Source: Malacoraja senta
Lineage: Eukaryota
Length of the DNA: 64,000 bases
Assembly (NCBI GenBank): GCA_038087875.1
Contig: CM075994.1
Location: 4,156,001 to 4,220,000, forward strand
Reading direction: 5' to 3'
Part shown: positions 25,988 through 39,897 of the stretch, in pieces
Numbering within the stretch: position 1 is the stretch's first letter
Layout of the letters: each line of letters begins with the position of its first letter
Notes under the pieces: generated by a model
What the model was told of the DNA's origin: nothing
Seen by the model: the letters and a program-made list of their open reading frames with translations, nothing else
The model's database searches: none
Position numbers and translations under genes: made by a program

Positions 25988-26805
25988 ATCATCATCGGTA
26001 GTCATTCGAAACGTGTATGACTGTCACCTCCTCTCCATAGGGACGTCTACTTGTGGGTCTTTAGATGTCTTTAGGCGGCCGATCAGCGAACCACGCACCT
26101 TGGTGCAACGTGGACACCGGAGACTGGCGGTGGTTGGTTGTCGTCGTCCCCCCCCCCCCTCCTTCTCTCTCTCCCTACGGTGCTGTCGCTTTGTCTCTGC
26201 GACACGGCGTAGTTGCGTTTCATGACGTGCAGTTCCTTCCTGCACGGATTTCCTCCAGGAGCGCCTGTCCAGTGCAATATGCTCCCAGTTGCTCGATGTG
26301 ATGTGGAGTTTGTTCAGACTGTTCTTGGTGATTTCTTTGAAGCGTTTCTTTAGTCCGCCGGGGGCTCGCCGACATTCCTTCAGTTGAGAGTACAGGGTCT
26401 GTTTAGGGAGGCGTGTGTTGGACATGTCAATGACATGGCCAGTCCATCGAAGTTGATGCTGCATTATTGTGGTGGTGATGCTGGTCATGTTGGCTTCCTC
26501 CTAAACGCTGATGTTGGTGCGTTTGTCCTCCCAACTGACCCTCAGATTCTTTCGCAAGGATCTTTGATGGTATTGTTCCAGGACCCTCAGGTGCCTGCTG
26601 CAGGTGATCCATGACTCGGTTCCATACAACAGGGTGGGGAGAACAACTGCTCTGTAAACTAGCAGTTTTGTTTGAGCCTTTAGGTCTCGGTCTTCAAGGA
26701 CTCTTTTCCTGAGTCTGGCATAGGCTCCACTGGCACAACTCAGGCGATGGTTGACCAGAGAGTCGATGTCAGGTTTTGAAAAAAGAATCCTGCCAAGGTA
26801 GGGTA
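25988..26805 (-). mobile_element. RTE-clade LINE 3' fragment
   Basis: ORF 26024-26488 LRWTGHVIDMSNTRLPKQTLYSQL...GGLKKRFK...DRRSWRK and a CPRC motif; LLYGTESW-like upstream; short (atg)n tail. Confidence 0.8.
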
Positions 26806-27878
26806 TATGATCACAAATAGTACATGTTTAAGAGTTCCGTTACATCTCCAAGTGAGTGCTTTGTTTCCTGTTTATTGAGAGAAAAGATCATCAATTATAT
26901 CCATTTGGTAGACGTCTTTGCCAGTGTAATCTCATAGTTTTCGAAATGCCCTTAGTCACGTTAGATAATCAGAAATATTCAGTGAATACACCGCTCAATG
27001 GTCCCGTATTTCAAATTTACTATTTTGTACCAGTGGCTTAAAAGTGGTTGAGGCACCTCTGCATAATACTGTGCATTATGATCAAAATAACGTATTACAT
27101 TGTTAGAGGTAAAAACGAAAGATTCCTTCACTCCCGGAAAAATATTTAATAAAATGAATCATCTCCAATCCGGACTTCATTCACAGATTCCTTGGGCGTA
27201 CCTTGATGTTCGCGTGCATAAATGATGCCGTGCTCACAACTTGTAGCGACGACTTCTTACGGATCAAATGTAGGATCTTCTCGGAACAGTCAGTGAACAT
27301 TTTGCTGCCCTGCATGCCAGAACATGGGTGTTTTTTTTCTTATTTGCTCAGCATTGTCCCTTTAGTTCCACCCCTAAATACGCACACATATCGGTGTCAA
27401 TTTATCAGCGGCCTTTCTTTGCGACATAACCCCTGTGCAGCGATTTTATTGTTCAAAACTGAGCGTCGCATGAAGGGCCAAAACTACTAATTTCTTATCC
27501 ATTTGATTAAGGTCATTGTGGTTTATCAAAAGTCTGTATCTGCCGTGCGCTCTGTCGTGTACGATGCATGAAATGAGATTTTGAAGGTGCTTAAATCTCT
27601 CTATGCTTGTGTCAATTAAAATACTCATTTATCTGAACAATGCGTCGCTTTCGTATGGAACATTAACCACTGGACGTTGTTAACATGAAAGTAACGAAAG
27701 TATGGGTGGGGTCTCTCATTTCTGCGTATGGGATACCAGCACACCGGAACCTTTTCATCTTTGAAATCCTGTATATAAGCCACATTAACCCTCCGGGATT
27801 TGCATGGTCAGTGTGAAGTCAAACATTAACGAAAACAGCAAGCAATTTGTTCTGCATGTCCGTTTAAAATCTATACAG

Positions 27879-27899
27879 ATGGCAAACGAGGAAGATTAA
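27879..27899 (+). CDS. Candidate 21-nt phase 1-1 micro-exon (xGKRGRL)
   Basis: tctatacag | AT GGC AAA CGA GGA AGA TTA A | gtatca; both sites moderate. Confidence 0.35.
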   Translation: MANEED

Positions 27900-27987
27900 G
27901 TATCATTATTTAATTGGTCAGAAAAGGAGATTACATTTTAGGTTCAAAATGAGAAACCAGCTCATAAAAACGATTAATATAATCAAT

Positions 27988-28174
27988 AGGTACACAAAAA
28001 TGCTGGAGAAACTCAGCGGGTGCAGCAGCATCTATGGAGCGAAGGAAATAGGTAACGTTTCGGGCCGAAACGTTACCTATTTCCTTCGCTCCATAGATGC
28101 TGCTGCACCCGCTGAGTTTCTCCAGCATTTTTGTGTACCTTCGATTTTCCAGCATCTGCAGTTCCTTCTTTAAC
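27988..28174. repeat. Fold-back Penelope-derived element: perfect 153-bp palindrome with 14-bp TSD
   Basis: 27988-28140 is self-reverse-complementary around g28064; aatataatcaatag at 27976-27989 and 28175-28188. Confidence 0.9.
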
Positions 28175-31100
28175 AATATAATCAATAGTTTGGATTGGCA
28201 TTTGCAGTCAGTGAAACTTGTAAGCTATCAATTTCCATTAGATGTTCTATAAATATTGCTATCCTATCTATTAATTTCAGTATAATTGAAGGAGCAATTA
28301 TGAATAAAGCAAGGAATTATGAAGTTATTTCATTAATTCGATTTAAATTAATTAATTACGGAACTGCTGAATTCATTGCTTTTTCAAATAATAACTGCAT
28401 AATAATTTTGAGCAGGGGATTATTTTATAGAGGAGCCTTCACGTAAAAGCATTATGAAAGCTGTTGTGCTCGATTGAATTTGAATAAAGAGATTCCTTCT
28501 ATATTTATGGAGGTCACAGAAAAACTAAGCAAAGAATTGCGTTCTCGAATCCGCGCAATTGGAATGCAGAGAAAATATATATTTTTGAAACCATTGCTCA
28601 GAGACCTAAACCAGAAGGTAATCTAAATACACGATGACGGGGGGGGGGGGGGGTCATTAAATTCCACTGGACAAACGAGAAGACATTTGAATGTTACATT
28701 CCTCAGAGTAAAATTGTTAGTGATCCAGGTTAATGGGAGGCAGCGAGTACATATTGACATTGCCATTGACGTCCATTGCTTCCGAAGAAACGCATTAAAA
28801 ATAAAACACATTTCCCCGGGGCGTTACTATACCAACACATTCAATTTCGGTCCATACCTTTCTACTGCCTATAATTCAGATAATTGAAATATTTCCAGGT
28901 GCATTCCCAATTCCCAATGAGTCCTTGTCACCCTCACTTATTCATCTGCGTTGACTCGGTGAAGCGGTGAAGACATGATGGGTAAGATGATTCAGTGTGA
29001 TGCTTGGAGGGTGTGGGATGTGGGAGGTCAGGAACACTGATGGTGCCTCTGGCTGCTACACCTGTGGTAACTGTGTCTAGGTTCAGCTCCTGAAAGACCG
29101 TGTTGGGGCACTGGGGAAGCAACTTGATGACCGCAGGATCATCCGGGAAAACGTGAGCTTCCTGGACACGACCTGCAGTGAGGTTGTCTCGCCAAGGAAA
29201 CAGGAAGAGCGAAGGTGGGTGAGTGGGAGAAAGGGGAGTAACCGTGTAGTGCAGGAGACCCCAATGTCTGTGCCAAATTATAACAGGTACACCCTTATGG
29301 GAGCTGTCGGGGCAGACGACGCTTCCAGTCCGAGCGAAGGACAGGTCGGTGGCTCCAATCCTAGCGCTGAGACTCGACTGCTGAGACCAACGTCGGGCAG
29401 AGCTATAGTGGTGGGTGACTCCATTGTCCGAGGTGGGGACGGGAGATTCTGTGGCGGCACGCGAGACTCGAGGATGGTCTGTTGCCTCCCTGATGGCGGG
29501 GTTCAGGATGTCAGTAACCGACTTCAGAACATCCTCCAGAGGGAAGGTGAACAGCCGGCAGTTTAGAGAGTTAGAAAGAAAACTGAAAAGCAGGACTTTT
29601 TGGGTGGTTATCTGTGCATTGCTTCCAGTACCTCGCGCTGGTGAGTGCAGAAACAGGGAGATAGGGGATCTGAATGTGTGGCTGGCGGGTTGGTGCAGGG
29701 AGCAAGGATTTAGCTTTACAGACCACTATACAGGTCTCTTCTGGGGTAGGGGTTACTTGTACAAAGGTTACACCTTAACTCGAGTGGGACCAACGTTCTG
29801 GCAGGCAGGTTTGCTCTTGCTACACGTGTGGGTTTAAACTAATAGTTGGAGGGGTTGACAAATTGGGAGTATAAAGATGGAGTTAAAGGGGAAGGGAGTG
29901 CAGGAAAAGTTACAAAAGACTCCCGAATTAATGGGAAGGAATGTTCGAGGAGGGATAAGAGAGTAAGATCAGGACCAATAGTGACCGGTGTGAGAGGGGA
30001 GGTGAATGCCGGAGTGAAAAGTGTTGTTTATAAATGCGCGAAGTATAAGAAATAAAGTGGACAAGCTCGAGGCTCAGTTAGAAATTGGCAAGTGTGATGT
30101 TGTGGGAATTACAGAGACATGGCTGCAAGAGGGGCAGGGCTGGGAACTGAATATTCAAGAGTATACGTCCTATCGAAAAGACAGACAGATAGGCAGAGGG
30201 GTGGGGTAGCTCTGTTGGTGAGGATTTAAATTCAGTCTCTTGCAAGAGATAACAATGAAACAGGAGATATGGAGTCATTATGGATAGAACTAAGAAATTC
30301 TAAGGGTAAAAATACCCTATTGGGACATCTACAGGCCCCATAAAAGTATCCTGGATATAGGGTGCAAGTTGAATCAAGAGTCAAAATTGGAATGTTGTAA
30401 AGGTTGATATGGGAGATTTCAACATGCAGGTAAACTGGGAAAACCGGGTTGGTACTGGACCCTAAGAAAGGGAGTTTGTGTAGTGCCTCCGTGGTGCATT
30501 CTTAGAGCAGCTTGTACTGGAACCTACCAGGGAGAAGGCAATTCTGGATTTGTGTTGTGTAATGAACCGGATTTGATAAGGGAACTCAAGGTAAAGGTGG
30601 CCACAATATGATAAGTTTAAATGTACAATTTGAGAGGGAGACGGGTAAATCGGAGGTGTCAGTATTACAGTTGAACAAAGGGGACTATGGAGCCATGAGA
30701 GCGGAACTGGTCAAGTTGCCTGGAAAGATACCCTAGCAGGGATGCCAATGGAGCAACAGTGGCGGGTATTTCTGGGAACAATACAGAAGGTGCAGGATCA
30801 GTTCATTCCAAAGAGGAAGAAAGATTCCAATGGGAGTAAGGGCGACCGTGCCTGAGAAGGGAAGTCTGGGACAGTGTTAAAAATAAAGGAAACGAAGTAT
30901 AACAGAGCAAAGATGAGCGGGAAGCCAGAGGATTGGGCAACTTTTAAAGAGCAACATAAGATAACTAAAAAGGCAGGAGAAAATATGAGGTATGAAGATA
31001 AGCTAGCCAGGAATATAAAGGAGGGTAGTAAAATCTTCTTAAGGTATGTGAATAGGAAAAATTTAGTTAAGACCAAAGTTGGACCCTTGAAGACTGAAAA

Positions 31101-31373
31101 AAGGTGAATTTATTATGGGGAACATGGAAATTGCAGACGAGTTGAATAGGTACTTTGGATCCGTCTTCACTAAGGAGGACACAAACAATCTCCCTGATGT
31201 ACTAGTGGCCAGAAGATCTAGGGTGACGGAGGAACTGAAGGAAATTCACATTAGAAAGGAAATGGTGTTGGGTAGACTGATAAGACTGAAAGCAGATAAA
31301 TCCCCAGGGCCTGATAGTCTGTATCCCAGGGTACTTAAGGAAGTGGCTCTGGAAATTGTAGACGCATTGGTGA

Positions 31374-31822
31374 CGGCAGTGGTGGCTTCTTCTTCTCCCT
31401 GGTCCCCCACGAGGGATCGCGGGCTTCGGACCCCGCGCCAGCTGGAGCTCTGCAGACCGCGGCTTCAGGCTGCCGGCTGCCACGGGCCAGCGAAACGGAG
31501 CGCTCCCCTCCGCGCTGCGCCCGCCGCTGAAGCCCCGGGTGCGTCTCCGGGAAAGGCCGCGCCGATCCTCGCTGTTAGGCCACGGGGGAGGTGACATGAA
31601 AAAAAAGTCGCCTCTCCATGGAGGAGGCGACCAAACGGTTTCCCCCTCACCCCCCCCCCCCCCCACCCCCCACCCCTACACACACACACACACCAACCCC
31701 CCACACAAGACACACAAAGAAACATTAAAAACATACATATAAACATATTAAAAATGAAAAAAAGGTTGAAAAAAACGGACACGCTGCTCACAGGGCGCCG
31801 GCTTGCAGCGCCCCCACCGACC
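31374..31822 (-). mobile_element. GC-rich non-autonomous element inserted in CR1
   Basis: Interrupts CR1 after DALV; shares blocks (ccgggaaaggccgc, aaagtcgc) with 32068-32792; poly-C and (CA)n tracts. Confidence 0.6.
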
Positions 31823-32067
31823 GACTAGTTAGCCTGACCTCTTTTTTGGGGAAGATACTGGTGGCGATTATAAAAGATGAAATAGCGGCACATTTGGATA
31901 GCAGTAGCAGGATCGGCCCGTGTCAGCATGGATTTACGAAGGGGAAATCATGCTTGACTAATCTTCTGGAATTTTTTGTGGATATAACGTAGAAAATGGA
32001 CAAGGGAGAGCCAGTGGATGTAGTGTAACTGGACTTTCAAAAAGCATTTGATACGGTCACACAGAGG

Positions 32068-32792
32068 TTTAAAGGTTCAAAGGTTCACATTTGTCACATG
32101 CACCATAAGGTGCAGTGAAATGAATTTACCATGCAGCGTTACAATTAAAAAAGGACATAATACACATCATAATTCAACACAGACATCCACCACAACATTT
32201 ATCAATGTGGTGGAAGGCAATACAGTTCAGACAGTCCTCCTCCCTTGTTCACCCGTGGCTGGGGCCTTGACCCTCAGTAGACGCCGCTATGGATGGCCCG
32301 ATGTTCAAGCCCTCTGATCGGGATGGTCGGAACGCCGACGTCGGAACAGGTCGAGCACACCACGCGGCCAGGAGCTCCCAAATCGACCACCACTTTACCG
32401 GAGACCGCGGCTTCAAGATGTTGTTGGCCGCAGGCCGGCAGTCGGACCCCTTCTCCGGCGACCCCCGGCGAGGGATCGCCCGTTCCACGATGTTAAATTC
32501 CCCGCTGCGCCGCCGCTGAAGCTCTGGGCCCGGCTCCGGGAAAGGCCGCACCAAACCAGCTGTAAGGCCGCGGGGAGGGAGGCGAAGAAGCGACAACGAA
32601 GAAAGTCGCATCTCCGTCGAGGTAGGGGATTGAAAAACGGTTTCCCCTTATTCCCCTCCCGCCACACAAGACATACAGAGAAACACTGAAACATACTTTT
32701 GGATATACAAAAAACAAAAAAAAATGTCAAAACAACGAACCCGCTGCAGGCGAGGCAGCCGACTCGCAGCGCCATCGGAACCGGATCCGGAT
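32068..32792 (-). mobile_element. GC-rich SINE-like element with LINE-type 3' tail, inserted in CR1
   Basis: (aaaggtt) repeated tail at 32068-32086, GC-rich body homologous to 31374-31822, CR1 resumes ~32793. Confidence 0.6.
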
Positions 32793-35262
32793 ATTAATGG
32801 GGAAAATTGGAGCACATGGAGTTGGGGGTAGTGTGTTCACATGGATAGAAAATTGTTTGGCAGACAGGAAACAAAGAGGAGGGATTAACGGGTCCCTTAC
32901 AGAATGGCAGGCAGTGACTAGATGGTCGGTGCTGGGACCGCAGCTATTTACAATATACATTAATGAATTAGATGAAGGGATTAAAATTGACATTAGCAAA
33001 TTTGCAGATGACACAATGCTGGGTGGCAGTGTGAACTGTGAAGTTGATGCTATGAGGATGCAGGGTGGCTTGGACAGGTTGGGTGAGTGGGCAGATGCAT
33101 GGCAGATACAGTTTAATGTGGATGATGTGAGGTTATCAACTTTGGTGGCAAAAACCGGAAGGCAGATTATTATCTAAATGGAGTCAAGTTGGGAAAAGGG
33201 GAAGTACGACGGGATCTGGGGGGTCCTTGTTCATCAGTCGATCAAAGTAAGCATGCAGGTACAGCAGGACGTGAAGAAAGCAAATGGCATGTTGGCCTTC
33301 ATAACAAGAGGAGTTGAGTAGAGGAGAAAAAAGGTCCTTCCGCAGTTCTACAGGGCCCCAGTGAGACCACACCTGGATTATAGTGTGCAGTTTTGGTCTC
33401 CCAATTTGAGGAAGGCCGTTCTTACTATTGAGGGAGTGCAGCGTAGGTTCACCAGGTTAATTCCCGGTATGGCGGGACTGTCATATGTTGATAGAATGGA
33501 GCGGCTGAGCTTGTATACTTTGGATTTTAGAAGGTTGCGAGGGGATCTTATTGAAACATATAAGATTGTTAAGTGTTTGGACACGCTAGCGGCAGGAAAC
33601 ATGTCCCCGACGTTGGGGGAATCCAGAAGCAGAGGCCACAGTTTATGAATAAGGGGTAAGCCATTTCGAACGGAGATAAGGAAAAAAACGTTTTCACACA
33701 GAGAGTTGTGAGTCTGTGGAATTCTCTGCCTCAGAAGGCGGTGGAGGCTGGTTCTCTGGATGCTTTCAAGAGAGAGCTAGGCAGAGCTCTTAAAGATAGC
33801 GGAGTCCAGGGATATGGGGAGAAGGCAGGAACGGGGTACTGATTGGGGATGATCAGCCAGGATCATATTGAATGGCGGTGCTGACACGAGAGGCCGAATG
33901 GCTACTCTTTCACCTATTTTCTCTTGTCCCCGTGAAGCAATATTTCGGATTTTGGATGTTATTCGGTGTTTTCATATCCCCGTGTCATTTTTATCTTTCC
34001 GATCAGTAACATCACGCCCCACATCCCCCGTAACGCTTGAATCTCCTAACGAAACAAAGAAAACTATTTTTCAGCTGGTGTGAGCAATAAGAAGACTATC
34101 CACCCTGTTCTGAGGTCCCTGAAACCACGATAGCCAATATTCACATAATTCATTTCACAACATAGGAAGATTCATACAATGAACACCACAACATCAGTAC
34201 AATGAGATAAAAAGACCGCAATTACACTGATGCAATCACGAACCGCATTAGGAGGCAAGGTGTTGACATAAATATACATTAGATTTTAGACTTTTATCAA
34301 CATCAGAAAAGTGATGGAATATATCAAAGTAACCAAGCTAAATTAAACTCCCGGTAAACTATGCATTTCTCCTTATTGTCACATTTTATCATGAGATAAA
34401 AGAGGAGAATTGTCTTTTCGAGCCGATGGCACCTCTCAACTTAACCTCGTCAGTCGGGTTCCTCCACTTATTCTGTGAAACGTATTCTCTCACTCATTAA
34501 GGTAACACCCACCTTCGTAAATCTTCCAATCACGTCGATTTACAAGTGGACCACTTTGTACTTCGCAACAGCACGGTTTTAGGATGTGAGGGAAACGGGA
34601 ACCTCCCAGGGCACCATCAGAGATATCGTTAACACTGCAAGCTCGACGCAGATAACATTAGGTATCACAATCGAACCTCATCCAATGTAGCTACGAAGCC
34701 TACCAGAAGCTAATCAGGATTTCGAAGGCCTGTCAGGAATTCAATGGATTTCCAGGAAACACCGGAATACTGACCAACCAAACACTGCGACCAACCTCGT
34801 CAGATGACCTATGGTAGCGTTGACACAAAATCGTCTCGTAAGGCCATTTTCTAATGGCCAACGTATTTAGACCTGGCAATCATGTCCACGGCTCCACAAG
34901 CACAGAAGGCTTTCGATTTCATCAAAGAACGCAATATTCTCCCCATCAACATCTGGCTATCAAGGCCACCTCGAGTGTGCAGTGTGTATCTTTCATAACA
35001 GTGTCTGCAATGTTCGAAAATACTACTTCAGAGTATTTCCCTACATGACCACCTCAATAAAGGTACGCGTAGCATGCGCAGGGGGTTCGACTACCTTGGA
35101 ATATTGTTACATTAATCAAACCATTCTTGCAAATATTCCGGCATTCGCATATGTTCACTTGGTCTAAAAATCTACCCAATAAAACACTGCGAATATGCCG
35201 TGTGAAGAACCTCAACATTGCATAAAAAAGCTCAGTATCATATTCTCAGTCGTTAAATGATA

Positions 35263-35352
35263 TAGAAACATAGAAACTTAGAAATTAGGTGCAGTAGTAG
35301 GCCATTCGGCCCTTCGAGCCTGCACCGCTATTCAATATGATCATGGCTGATA
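35263..35352 (-). mobile_element. Short CR1 3' tail
   Basis: (tagaaac) tail plus ggccattcggcccttcgagcc. Confidence 0.8.
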
Positions 35353-35686
35353 TGCGATAAATTTGGTCCTGTGCCCCGTGTATTGTTCAAACGATAATGG
35401 CGACATTTCTTCGAGCTAAGCTCAGCAGTTAAACACTGAAAAATGAACCTAGCAAGTCGCGTTCTCTAACATCACAGCGCATAATTCAATATTGCTCACA
35501 ATCTGAACTAACCATGAACAGAAACATATATGTGTCAGCTAAAGAACCACAATGAAAGTGAGAATGTGTTTCATTTGATCAACCGGAACCATTCCCCAAT
35601 TTAAAGTTATAAATCAGTATTTAGAGAACAAAATTTCGGCTGCGTCTATAGACGTTGACGCTATAACTCCCATGCGATCCTCATTT

Positions 35687-36292
35687 AGAAATGTGTCAAG
35701 AAACAAGAGTGTTTTACTGTCATTTACTGAAATGGAACAATCACATTTTACTTGCAGCAGAACAACCGGTTATCAACTCATACCAGTAGATAATATAGCA
35801 AACAACAAAAGGTAAATAAATGCTGCCGTGTGTTCATCATCGTTTCTCCATTCTCAGCAACTAAGGAATTTTCTTCACCAAGAGGACTGCAGCAGCTTCA
35901 AATAATTCGTTGATCACCACTGTCAGCGAGAGTTAGAAAATGACAGCAAATTCTAGTATTTCCAATATTACGGTTACCCGCTGCATGAGCGAAATATTTT
36001 CGACCTTACGGTGCTAAAACCAGATCCAAATTAACTATCATAACTTTCATGCAATAAACCCCTCCACCGGTGTCATTGATTTTTATACCGGTTGTTTTGA
36101 AATAAATCAATTGCTCGAAGATCGACAATAACGCGTCAGATGACAGCGTATGTCAATTGCTGCACTGAAAACCCACAAACCGATTCTCTGTATCCCGTTG
36201 TTCTGCTGTCACTCTCCTCTCTCAAGACGGAACAAGGACAGCGCTACTTTCGTCCTGACCTTTCTCTAACCTGCCTCCACGCCCAACACGAT
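35687..36292 (+). repeat. Left copy of a ~605-bp direct duplication flanking the L1
   Basis: Near-identical to 39897-40501 from agaaatg..tcaagaaac to cccaacacgat. Confidence 0.92.
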
Positions 36293-39200
36293 CAATCAAG
36301 TGTATTTTCTAAATTCATTTATTAATACCACTAATATTAAAGATGTCTGGAGAATAGAAAATCCAACTGGACGGGAATATTCATTTTACTCTCCAGTACA
36401 CAAAACATACTCAAGAATAGATTATTTTTTAGTTGACTCCCACGTTTATCCCATTTACTTATAACTCAAAATACCATAATATTATAATCTCAGACCACGC
36501 ACCTGTAACATTTATGATTAAATTAAATGGATTGTCAGAGAAACAAACATATTGGCGATTTAACCCACAAATCTTGAACGAAAGATCATGCCAGGAATAT
36601 ATTATTAAACAGATACAAATATTTTTTGAGGTAAATGATAACCCTGACACACCTACTTCTCTTATGTGGGAAACGTTTAAAGCGTTTGTTCGAGGTGCAT
36701 TAATCTCTGCTCAAGTATTTTATAATAAAGAGAACAGGATTAAACAACAAACATTGGAAAGGGAAATCAAGACAACTAGATTTAGACAATGCGAGAATGT
36801 CATCTATTTCAAAACATAATAAAATTGCAGTATTGAAATATCAATTAAATAAAATGTATTCAGAACAAGTAATAAAACTTTATCAAAAAACCAAACAATT
36901 ACATTTTGAATTTGGAGACAAACCACAAAAACTATTAGCACGTCAGTTACGAAAAATGGAAGGGGAAAAAATAATTCATAAAATTAGAACAGAGACAGGA
37001 GAATTATTAAAAATGCCCAAGGACATAAATGAAAGATTTCTCCAATACTATCATAACCTTTATTCAACTAAAGCTGTAACACAAACGGAAGGAATAGCAG
37101 ATTTTTTACTAAAATGTAATTTAAAAGGTTTAGATTCAAATGATAGAGAATTATTAGAAAGGGAGATTACGATAAAGGATATTGAGGAGTCTATTGGCTC
37201 TTTAAAAAATGGTAAAGCAGTAGGACCAGATGGTTTAGGCTCTGAATGTTATTAAAAAAATTATGACTTGCTATGCCCACGTTTACAAAGACTGTATGAG
37301 CATATGTATACTCAACAGAAACTCCCAGATACTTTAAATGAATCTATAATAACACTTATTCCTAAAGCTGATAAAGATCCGGAAGATCCGGGATCTTATA
37401 AAGCAATTGCACTTTTAAATACAGATCAGAAAATATTAACTAAAATACTAGCGCATAGCTTAAGTACAGTGATGAATAAAATAATACACCCTGACCAAAC
37501 AGGCTTTATTCAGAAACGGTACTCATATTATAATCTAAGAAGATATTTAATATTATTTATTCTAAGAGAATGATTAATGAAGATTTAGCAATAATCTCAC
37601 TCGATGCTGAAAAAGCATTTGATCAGGTTGAATGGTCTTATTTATTCTCAGTGATGGAAAATATGCAACTAGGGGAGAAATTCTGTACATGGATAAAACT
37701 GTTATATACAAATCCTACGGCTAGAATATTAACAAATCAAAGGTTGTCACCAAAATTCAACCTATCTAGAGGTTGTAGACAAGGATTCCCGTTATCTCCA
37801 TTATTATTTGCTTTAGCTATTGAACCACTTGCAGAAAGAGTTAGGGGTCATCCGGAAATATATGGGTATATCACAAAGGACACAGTGAATAAAATTTCTC
37901 TATACGCAGATGATGTACTAATTTACATTACAAAACCAGAAATTAGTATTCCAAACTTATTAGAGCTAATAACCCAATTTGGGTCACTCTCAGGATACAA
38001 AATAAATTGGAATAAGAGTGAAATTATGCCAATAAGGGAACATAACAAACACATAATACAACAATTTCCATTTAAAATAGTAAACGAAAAATTTAAATAC
38101 CTAGGTATCTATGTAACTAAGATATATACATCATCATTTAAAGCAAACTTTCCCCCACTACTGAATAAACTACATAAGAATATTCAATACTGGAAAACAC
38201 TCCCTATTTCAATGATTGGCAAAATTAATTTGTCTATTGTTAATGATTTTATCTGGGATTATAAGAACCATAGGATAAACAAAAGACATTTGTGTAAATC
38301 AAAAATAAATGGAGGTTTGGTTTTACCCAACTTTCTGTTTTATTTTTGGGCAGTTAATATTAAAAATATGAATTTCTGGTTGGAAGAAATAGAACAACAA
38401 CCAGATTGGTTAAAAATGGAAAAGGAAGACTGTTTGCCTTTTGATATCGGGTCGATATTATTTGCTACATCTAAATTAAACAAAAAAAATTATAGGGAAA
38501 ACCCTATAATATTTAGTACCATACGAATTTGGAAACAATTAAAAAAGACATTAAAATTAGATAATTTATCACTATTTCTCCCGATTGTGAATAACCCTTT
38601 GTTTAAACCCTCATGGTTGGACAGGGGTTTTACACAATGGAAGAATTATGGAATTAAAAATATGGGACAACTTTATAAGGAAGGCACTTTTCTGACATTT
38701 CAGGAGTTGCAACAGACTTACGGACTTCGAGGAAATGATTATTTCAGATATCTTCAACTCAGAGATTATGTAAAATCGAATACTCAAAACTTTCGAATTA
38801 GAAATTCAGAAATTCTTGACGAATGTTGGAATAAACATCCTAATACAGAAAAATTAATATCTTATATATATAATATCTTATTAGACAGTGACATTCCATC
38901 GACGGACTTACACAGACAAACATGGGAAAAAGAATTAAATGAAATAATAACGAAAGATACTTGGGAAGAAAGTTTACAACAGATACATCAATGTTCATTA
39001 AATGCCAGACATTCTTTAATACAATTTAAAGTAATACATAGATTACATTATTCAAAAACAAAATTACATAAAATCTTTCAACATATCTCACCTATATGTG
39101 ATAAATGCCAACATTTAGAAGCTACCTTATCTCATATGTTTGCAAACTGTACAAAAATTAAAAAATTCTGGGTAAATATTTTTAGTATAATATCTAAAGT

Positions 39201-39897
39201 GACCAGCACACAAGTGGACCTGGATTCAAAAATTATAATACTCGGAACATCAGAATTAAATCAAACATTTACAACAACACAAAGAAACTTTATTGATTAT
39301 AGTATAATAACAGGAAAAAAATTAATTCTAAAATTTTGGAAAGGCCCTACGGCCCCCACAATCAAAATGTGGATTATAGAAATGACGGAGACCTTAAACG
39401 TGGAAAGAATCAGATTTTCCCTGTTGGATAAACAGGAAGTATTCGTTGGAACATGGTCTCCCTTTATTGATTATTTAAATGGTCAGAATGGTTCAGCACG
39501 GGAACCTGACTAATGCTCGGGCTAAAAAATGGATGAAATGCTATATTCTGAAATGTACGAATATATCTCGAATGAAGTTTTTTATTTTAATAATTTTTTC
39601 CACTCTTCTTTAACTATCTTTCTCTTTTGTTTTGTTTTTTTGTTTTGTGTTTCTTGTTTTTTGTTAAAAAAATTAAATATTTTTTTTTTCTCTCTTTTTC
39701 TTCTCTTTCTTTTCTTTCTTTACTTCATCTATCTTTTTAGTTCTATCTAGTTTAAAATAAAAAAAAATAAAAAGGTAAAAGGTATTGGAGACAATGTAAT
39801 AATAATTGATAATATTATCAATTTAAAAATGTAAGACTGTAATGATGTTAATAGGTTATGTACTTATCTCCAATAAAAAATATTTAAAAAAAAAAAA
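36293..39897 (+). mobile_element. 5'-truncated L1-clade LINE (ORF2: end of APE, RT, C-terminal Cys/His motif), 3' UTR, AATAAA, poly(A)
   Basis: SRIDYF, SDHAP, GPDG, SLDAEKAFD, RGCRQGFPLSP, YADD, YLG, CDKC-x8-H-x4-C; AATAAA at 39872, poly(A) 39886-39897; several frameshifts. Confidence 0.95.

Larger units (their letters stand above)
28970..33920 (+). mobile_element. Near full-length decayed CR1 (ORF1 esterase, ORF2 APE+RT) with two nested inserts
   Basis: ORF 29153-29566 GDSIVRG (SGNH-like), 30021-30209 [13 protein letters not shown], 31115 KSPGPD, 32797 FADD, 33361 RPHLDY, 3' UTR to ~33920. Confidence 0.92.

Noticed and set aside
27931..28185. Two ORFs with near-identical peptides on opposite strands
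   Set aside because: Artefact of the perfect palindrome
39529..39750. Phe-rich hydrophobic ORF after L1 ORF2
   Set aside because: Translation of the T-rich L1 3' UTR
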